From: Selaginella moellendorffii
Lineage: Eukaryota > Plantae > Lycopodiophyta
DNA: 15,096 nt
Reading direction: 5' to 3'
Assembly (NCBI RefSeq): GCF_000143415.4
Contig: NW_003314536.1
Span: 1-15,096 of the forward strand
Shown: positions 7,861 through 15,096 of the stretch, piece after piece
How positions within the stretch are numbered: the stretch's first letter is position 1
Layout: the number at the start of each line of letters is the position of its first letter
The notes under the pieces: model-generated
What the model saw: the letters and a program-made list of their open reading frames with translations, nothing else
What the model was told of the DNA's origin: nothing
Database searches by the model: none
Position numbers and translations under genes: made by a program

Positions 7861-9960
7861 TCAATCGAAGCTAATGAGCCAAAATGCCTTCCCCAACAAC
7901 TTCAAACAAATGGAACAATGAGCACAAAACTCAAGAACCAAAAGCTCGAAGAAGCCTATAACTAAGTCTTGCCTAATAATGATCACGAGTCTCATAGAAG
8001 CTAACTTCAATGCTAAAGAAGAAATCATGGTGCAACCCACAATATCTTCCTCAACACATCCATAAGCCAAACTTCATAATGCCAAAGCTAATAAAGAGCA
8101 TTTCTGCATCAATCCAAAAGCTAAGCATAGCAAAGTTATGCTTAACAAGTGATCATCAAACGATCCTCCATGAATCCATCTATAGCAAGACGTAACTCAC
8201 TTCATAACAAGCTCAAAAAGAATCATTAATGATTGCTATATTCCGAACTCAAATCCAGCAAGGACTCAACATTCTAATATCGATCACTAACTCTTCTTCT
8301 CGTAGAGTTAGCATAGTCCACGACTAAATCACTTTTCAAGGAAAAGCTAAAGCTCAACCCTCTACTAAATAATCTCGTCTAGAACACAACTAACTCAACT
8401 TGCCACTCAGTTCGTTTGAACGTCAACACAGTTGCTAACTAGCAAATGCACGAATGCCAACAACACAAAGCTATAGCCAAATCATCAACACTATATTCAT
8501 CAAGACTAATGAAACTCAATATCAATCCTTGGAAGGATATCTCATTTCACTCAGATCTCAATATCAACAATGTCAATGACAAAGCATCATTTCAATGCCA
8601 TCAACATCAGGACAAAGCTAGAAGAAAGCAAGAGTGAATCACCACTCGGAGCTTTCCAGCAACCAAGCTAACCAAAGTCGAAGATACTATACTTAGTATC
8701 CGAGACCAATCCTTCAGCAAAACTCAGTGACAGATAACACATCAACAAGGAGTGAATCACCACATCCAAGACTCAATGAAATCCAACACCACGGACTAAA
8801 CGTAACCAAATGATATCGACAGAGATAGAATCGATATACTAACATAGGAAAGCTATGCAAGTCTAACGACACGATCCTCCGCAACACCATCCGGTAAAGC
8901 AAGCCCATCACTGCTAAATCATCATCGAGCAAAGCAAGTGTCAATTGTCCTTGATGAAGTCTACAAGTAATCACTAGTCGCAAAGCAACTAACAATCACT
9001 CCTCAACTTGCGTTCACAAGACCCAAACACCAACTCATATCATCGAGTCACATACTCATCCAATATGAACGTAATACCCCAAGTATGAGATAAAAGTTCA
9101 TAGATAAGCACAAACTAAATGACCACTCAAATCCAACTCAACTGTAATAAGCTCACTAGCACACCTAGTCAATAGCTCTGAGCATGCCTTGAAGAGGTTA
9201 GCTATGCATGATCAACACTCAGTCGAAACTAAAGTGAAGACCATGAGATGGACTCATATTGGTACACAACCTCCTCATAGACAAAGCTATAGTACGGGTA
9301 CCAACATCGCAAACTCAAACAACTAAATTGGACATCACCATCCCCAGCCAAGGCGCAGGGCCACCAAGACCAAGTCATGATCAGTGAGAGCTCACTACTC
9401 TCATAGAGTCTAACGTAATGCGAGGTGCAACTTGCCACCAAGCACAACGCTACAAAAGAAAGGCACAAGGGTCACCTTTCATAGAAAAGCGCAACAGCCA
9501 CTTTTCTACACCAACTCTAGACTTTATCCAACTCAATTGCTTTAGCCCCAAAAGTTAGTATCCCTTTCGGGTCACATTATACAAACTACCTACTAAGGTC
9601 TAAGCCAACCGAAGTCAACTCCAACCCCTTCACTAGTTTGTACTGGCTTTCGAAAATGGAATGGTTTTCGAGCAAAGTGACCGATAGATCAGCCATTGAA
9701 AAAGCCTAAGAAAATTTGTGGAAAACTTCCCATCCTAGAGAAAGAATGACTCTCAGTCCAGGAATGCAAACTTTCACGACTCAAACAACTTCTTCCTACA
9801 AACAACTTCACATAGATTCACCTCAACACAAATTCTCATGACCCATAATATGCTTAAGCATTGAACATCTTTGCCCATTTTTCCGATATCCAACACCGAC
9901 ATCCGCAAAGTGCAAAATGAACATCCAAGGCTTGATCACGAAGACCACATCTTCGGATAT
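7861..9960 (-). pseudogene. Extremely eroded pol (RT, RNase H, integrase, GPY/F) of the young element
   Basis: Manual motif alignment in gypsy order: FILHFADVGVGYRKN at 9921-9877 (cf. FV.VF.DDILIYSK.), QIFLGFFN near 9718-9695, HYVRLYESSELS...SLRCWYPYY...YESISW in ORF 9229-9468 (cf. HPVAYESRKL...ALK.WRHYL...HESL.W), LVITCRL...RIVSLDLHSFP in ORF 8714-8995 (cf. LVVVDRL...IVRLHG.P), and FCAHCSICLKLLGKAFWL in ORF 7861-8070 (cf. FCGPF.ILKRIG..AY.L). Each match is weak; the collinear order is the main support. Confidence 0.6.
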
Positions 9961-11512
9961 CCATATTGCACTAACACTCTTCTTCAATCACCTTCAAGAT
10001 CCAATGTGAAGCCAAAACACTAACAAGAAAAATGACATGGAAAATCAAGCTCTAAGGAAAATTCCTCATCACTTGAATCAACAATGCCACTTCCACTAAC
10101 ACAAGTGCTAGCGATGTCAATGCATCAACCTCACACCTTCTCCATCCAATAATCTACTCCAAGTGTTAACAGATCAACAGGTGAGCTATAGCAAATGAAT
10201 GCTACAACCCATTCCCAACACCTTAGTGGGCAAACCCTCAAGGAAACAAGGTACCAACATAAGCTTAGCATAATGGACCACCATTGAGAATCCAGTCAAG
10301 GCTACTACAATGCTACTTCGTGCAAGTAGACTAGCTTCTCCATCAACCACTTTGGGGTTGATCATCATTTACCCAAGCAACTTCGTAAACACATTGCTCA
10401 TTATCACATGGATATGATATAAATCACAATGACTTGATCATCAATTGAGTAACGCAATGAGCAAGGCTTATGTCATTACTTCAAACGTTCATGTGAATAT
10501 CAAATGCCAACTCGATTCGACAAAATGCAACATAAATGCCACACTCCACCAATAGAGGTTTACGACACCCAACACCACTAACTTTTGTTCACAACACGGA
10601 CAAGCTCATGCCACTCTCTTTCCGACCAAACTCAACACTAATCCAACACCAAGCTACTTCAAGGAGCAATAGCAAGGTTCCCCGGAAAAGAATTGAGCAT
10701 TGCAACCCAAGTCTTCCAATAGTGAGTCTAGACAAAAATGGTTTAGTGTTTCACCACTATCCATCCCACAACTCACCATTTGTAAGACCATCATTTCCAA
10801 CATGCATCAAGGTAGGGACTCTTGATTGCATAATGTGAACACAAGCAATGAGTTAACACCTCGTTGCAAATCATCTCTCCAAGAAGAGAAAATGATTTAC
10901 GTATTTGATCCTCCGTCCTCGATGACTCTCTTTTCGGTCTCATCTTTGACCAAACCTCAAGCTTGCTTTCGCACTGCCTTCAGTTCAATCGAAGAAAAGT
11001 TTATGAGAGAGCACGGCAATGATTACTTGAACCAATAGACTATTCCCTACAGTCTTGACTGATCCAATTATAATCATGCCTAGGAAGGATCCACTAGTGC
11101 CGTGCTAAACAGCTACGGACCAGCCTATTTGCCACTCATAGCAAACCCAGGGAAAGTTTATTTTCACCCATGGTACAAGGAATAACTCATAGAACCACTG
11201 GAACCACTCATGGAACCACCGATAGGCTAACATTAATCCTGCCAACTCAAAGTGCAACCTTGAGTTGCTAATGTGCCTCACTCACGAGCCCAAGCGCAAA
11301 CTCGTGCTACTGGAACAACTCAAATCCATCTTATGAGCCCAAGAGCAAGCTCACATAATTACGGTACAAGAAGGTAACCGAATCCATACCCAAGGAACGA
11401 TTGCGAAGTCTTTGCACCCAAACGTGTACCCACTCGGATCATCGTTTTCATCTCTGCGTATGCAACGAGACTAGTTGCCCAATCTCATTGAATAGTACTC
11501 GCTGAGACTCAT

Positions 11513-11524
11513 TCTCTGATACCA
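11513..11524 (-). promoter_or_regulatory. Primer-binding site (tRNA-iMet) of the young element
   Basis: Minus strand: LTR end ...CTACA, then tt, then TGGTATCAGAGA. The first 11 nt match the canonical TGGTATCAGAG. Confidence 0.93.
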
Positions 11525-11526
11525 AA

Positions 11527-12672
11527 TGTAGCGCACGTGGTTTTGACCCTTTATCCTATGGTGATTTACCATAGGATAACACCACGAAGCGGAACCTAAA
11601 CCCTCTTTGTGCCACGTGACAGATGCCACGTGTCACATACCACATGTCCGTGCCACGTGTCCATAGGAACCCGAGGTTCAGGGCCTTGGGCCACTGAACA
11701 AAGGAACGGTGCCAAACTCCCAAGCGTGATGCCAAGGAGTGATGGAACCGGACCACGGAGCAACTCCCGAGCATATAGCCCAAGGAGTGAAGGGACGGGG
11801 GCCCGGAGCGACTGGGAACAGTCCTAGAGCAACCAGCATCCCAATGCCAGGAACAGCACGCAAAACGGAGCCAAACAGAGTCTGGCACCATTTCGGCATA
11901 CGGGTGGCCTAACGCGAGGATATGGGTACTCCACCAACTAGCATGGAATGGAACTTGGGCTTAGACCCAAGCCGGACGCAGAACAAGGACAGGCACGCAA
12001 GCGGGAGCTAGACTATGCCTCAGGTTGGTCGACCATGCCCGACCTACCCACTATCCCTACTATACATTTGGAACCCCCCACAGCCCCCCCCCCCTTGAGG
12101 AACACACGCTTTGGGCTTTCACCCCAAGCCTCCCTTAGTATCAGGAGTTAGTCTCTGGAACAAGCTCGAAACTTACTAAATATGGAATGTCCTTAGATTG
12201 CGAATTTGGACACGGGACGAACACCATTGTGTTCAAGCCGATCTCCACATTCCGTAGATATGCCAAATGAGCAAATCTGGACACTTTCCATAAATAGTAT
12301 TTGGGACCGAAATGAGACTAACACAAAGGGCATGATAGCGAGGGTGTTTGGCAGACACGGTAAGCTATCATCTAGCGATGTTGAGGGACCAATCTCAATA
12401 TCGCGGGGGTTCTTGATACTAGCAAGTGCAAGCTAATGACTCAAGTTTCTCAAACCAGGCCGAGTATGCTCAGCAAGAAACACATAGGGTTCCTACCTTA
12501 TGTTTATCCAATCTAAGTGCATGGTCATTGACCAGTTTCTCAACTAGCTCAAGTGGGAAACTGATAACGGGTCCAACAATACCGACCTCCTGCCATCGTG
12601 GCAGTAAGGTAAGAGTGTCCGTAAGGACTAGCTGACAGGTAACTTTCGATACCCGAAGTCACATGCGCGACA
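11527..12672 (-). repeat. 5' LTR of the young element
   Basis: Direct repeat of 5376-6520, adjacent to the PBS. Confidence 0.97.
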
Positions 12673-12677
12673 GTCAT
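12673..12677. repeat. 5-bp target-site duplication GTCAT (right copy)
   Basis: Matches 5371-5375. Confidence 0.95.
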
Positions 12678-13442
12678 AGTGGATCAATTAACAAAGTAGA
12701 TGTGGTTGTTGGCTCTTCAGAAGACTATTATTATTTTAGATTTGATTACAGTTTACTTGGAGAAGGTCTTTCTTGATTTAATTTGTTGGAGGACATTGTT
12801 AGTGATTGAGATTCAAAGCTCACTAATGGATTTTTTAAGAGCTTTGTAAGGGTTATGCAAGTGACTTTAAAACTCTCAAGTGGAGATCATCTTCAAATGG
12901 ATAAATAAACCAAGTGTGTGAATTAGGTGGTAGAGGATATGCTACACTTTGCACTGGTTAAAGCCAAAAACAATGGAATCTATATTTTTATTAGTGTAAT
13001 TTGTATATAATAATAGTCAGTATATTGGAGCCAAGATAAGTCCTTACTTTGCCAAGGCATCCCCAAACACTATTGGAGTTGGTTGGGATGGCATTTGAAC
13101 ATGAGAAGCTTAATTCAAAGGCAACTAATATAGCTATAAAACTTGATGAAATTCTGGTGGTGTGTAAACATAATTTACATGCAACTTAGAACATGGCAAA
13201 AAAGTTTGCAAATGAGTATTGCTAATTCTGAGAATATAAGTTGGGAAATCTCATCTTTGTGTGAGTGATCTTTCCGTCAAATGAGTGATGGAACACTTTA
13301 GTGCCTTGGGAAGAGTGATAAACTTTCTCATAAATATGCTAGTTCATATGAAGTGTTGAAGTGCATTGGTAAAGTGGCTTATCAAGTATGGTTGTTAACT
13401 AGGGTAAATATTTATCTAGTATTTTATGTTAGCCAGTTCAAA
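12673..13442 (+). pseudogene. Gypsy integrase pseudogene (core plus GPY/F) of the old element
   Basis: VIVDQLTK*; EDIVSD*DSKLTNGFFKSFVRVMQVTLKLSSGDHLQMDK*TKCVN*VVEDML from 12789 (cf. IVSDRD..F...FW...SS..HPQTDGQTERVNQ.LEDMLR); FVYNNS...SPY; KLSHKYASSYEVLKCIGKVAYQVWLLTRVNIYLVFYVSQFK at 13320-13442. Stops fall at expected R/Q codons, consistent with C-to-T decay. Confidence 0.92.
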
Positions 13443-13551
13443 GATGTACTATCTCAAAGTGAAGGGCCTAGTGACTCCTTGATGTATGGATGTTGAACCA
13501 AGAACTTAAGTAGAGCTCTCGAGAAACATCCTTGGAACAAGTCCTTTTGTT

Positions 13552-13562
13552 AGGGGGAAGAA
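13552..13562 (+). promoter_or_regulatory. Putative polypurine tract of the old element
   Basis: AGGGGGAAGAA followed by t and TG (13564), about 110 nt after the GPY/F remnant and preceded by CTTGGAACAAG. Confidence 0.65.
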
Positions 13563-13853
13563 TTGTTTGTAATCAATGTGGATCAAAAGTAAGCTCAAAG
13601 GTATATTAAAGTATGGACTTAGGGTAAGGAACTTAACCCTATCTTAAGGGCTCATAGTGGCAATAATGGTGCAGTAGAGCATTTGGCTTGGGGGTGGTTG
13701 GGTGGTGAGGAACTTTAAAAGGAGGCATAGCTTAGTTTAGGTGAGGTTAGGCATTTTTGTTTTTTATTATTTAGCACCAAGTCATAAACAGGCCATGACG
13801 TTGTCTTTGCTGTCTGTCGCTAAAGGGATTGTGGACTACTCTAGTCAAATCAT

Positions 13854-13978
13854 AGCCTTTTTTATCAACATCATGCTGACTAGTCACAGTCAGATTATCA
13901 TTGTTGACTGATTGGTCAACGTCCATGCTGACTAGTTCGCAGAATAGTCACAATTAGTGCACAATGTTGACTAGTCAA
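13854..13978. repeat. Cluster of GACTAGTC-type palindromic motifs (possible DNA-transposon subterminal remnant)
   Basis: CATGCTGACTAGT at 13872 and 13924, GTTGAC-n6-GTCAAC at 13903-13920, and a perfect palindrome TTGACTAGTCAA at 13967-13978. Confidence 0.55.
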
Positions 13979-14087
13979 TGCTTGACCTGCAGCTCTTTAA
14001 AGCTACTCAAAAGTCAAGTTTGAATGAATTCATGAAAGTTTTTCCTAAGATACTTGGGTACAACCCAATATTTTAGAGTCCTTATGT

Positions 14088-14345
14088 AACATGCACAATA
14101 GCAAGTAACTCCTACTCAAAATTTAAATACCTCTTCTCAGCATCATTAAACTTACAATCTCATAAGCAATGGCATGCCCATTTGCATAGAACAGCCTAAA
14201 GTGCACCATATGCACAATATATACATCATAATAATTGTGTCACATCAAGCGCTGCCATTCTTCTTGAGAAGGGTTAAAATAAATAGCACTCCGTGAAAAA
14301 GCATGCCCAAACCTTATTAGGATATGGCTTATTGTCCTCTTAGTG
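14088..14345 (-). pseudogene. Gypsy RT-RNase H fragment (separate old element)
   Basis: Minus strand, with frameshifts: RFGHAFSRSA..LTLLKKN, then AV.MQ.GHAIAYE..KFNDAEKRYLNFE*ELLAIVHV (cf. GAVLMQ.GHPIAYESRKL..AE.RY...EKELLAIVH). Confidence 0.85.
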
Positions 14346-14496
14346 TCCTAACAGTGAACTAAAATAACTAAAATAATAGTGAACTAGCAAGGAATCCAGC
14401 TCTGCTGCATAGATAGTAATTATGTTTTTTAATATTATCATTTTAAATAATTTCTTTATAGACTATGTTTTTTGTGTACACAATTTTATTTTGCAG

Positions 14497-14582
14497 GAAA
14501 CCTTGTCCCTCACATTGTTCTACAGACATTTGTGTCTTTGATGTTCCCTTTAAGAGTGCAACATAAAGTTGACCATGGTTGA
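14497..14582 (+). CDS. Tentative downstream or terminal exon of the plus-strand host gene
   Basis: Strong acceptor caattttattttgcag|G at 14496. In phase 1 (matching donor 1341) it reads G-NLVPHIVLQTFVSLMFPLRVQHKVDHG*, followed by T-rich 3'UTR-like sequence. The other two phases are also open (14 and ~23 codons), so the frame is uncertain. Confidence 0.3.
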
Positions 14583-15096
14583 AAACTTGTCTTGGCAATA
14601 ATATCTTTATATTGTATAATGTTTGTCTTTAGGATTTGTAATTTGTAATAGAGAATGCAAGCTTTATAGAGAACTACTACCATTTTACAATGATTTGCAT
14701 ATTTCCATTTTTTTGGTTTCAAAGAGATTATTGGTAGAATTTTTTTTTTTTACATATCATTATGTAAAATCTTAACTTCAATAATGTTTGGTAAGATCTT
14801 GGTTATGATAGTTTATTTGTGTTAATGATACAGCTGATTTTTATGTTTAGCTTATATGAAGGCATTCCAGACGGTGTTACCAAGTTTAAAAGGATAGTCA
14901 AGCATCTTCTCATTTGATTCTATCTCTACAGTATCAATGCTCTTGTATGTTCTTGTTGCTCATTCTTGAAAGGATTTAGTCATTTACTTGTAAAGAGAGG
15001 TTATTTTAAGTTGTGAGAATAGCCTTTCGAAATAGGCTTAAGTTGCTTGTCTCTATATGTTGTTCAAACATACTATCTATCAATTGATATAAGTTT

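Larger units (their letters stand above)
5376..12672 (-). mobile_element. Complete, young, non-autonomous Ty3/gypsy-derived LTR retrotransposon (7,297 bp)
   Basis: Two direct LTRs (1145 and 1146 bp; 8 substitutions plus one homopolymer indel), TG...CA ends with an 11/13 terminal inverted repeat, 5-bp TSD, and a PBS and PPT that orient it on the minus strand. The 5,006-bp interior has no ORF above ~100 aa. Confidence 0.97.
2431..13770 (+). mobile_element. Old degenerate Ty3/gypsy (chromovirus-like) LTR retrotransposon, interrupted by the younger element at 5376-12672; right boundary approximate
   Basis: Components in order: 5' LTR, PBS at 3838, RT/RNase H traces, integrase core and GPY/F remnants in gypsy order, PPT at 13552. 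No clearly matching 3' LTR and no TSD were found. Confidence 0.75.

Noticed and set aside
10790-10943. Possible gag start (minus strand, MRPKRESSRTEDQIRK...)
   Set aside because: The position fits, but the frame stops after about 50 codons with no gag motif or zinc knuckle.

Overview
Eukaryotic (land-plant-like) nuclear DNA with one 177-N assembly gap, dominated by nested Ty3/gypsy LTR retrotransposons. The best-supported feature is a complete 7,297-bp minus-strand element at 5376-12672. It has two ~1,145-bp LTRs (99.2% identical), a GTCAT target-site duplication, a tRNA-iMet PBS and a PPT. Its 5-kb interior has no long ORF, only barely recognisable RT, RNase H and integrase remnants, so it is a recently inserted non-autonomous element. 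It sits inside the WVIVD integrase motif of an older, stop-riddled plus-strand gypsy element (about 2431-13770). Further TE debris comprises an inverted LTR end running into the gap, a minus-strand RT/RNase H fragment and a cluster of GACTAGTC palindromes. The first ~1.3 kb looks like two divergent spliced host transcription units. The plus-strand one may carry the whole TE nest in a ~13-kb intron, but both gene models are tentative and the products are unidentified. The most unusual signals are the confinement of all LTR-LTR substitutions to the probable R region, the G/U-rich skew of the non-autonomous element's sense strand, and small hairpins that survive next to its PBS and PPT. I found no evidence of a new protein-coding system.
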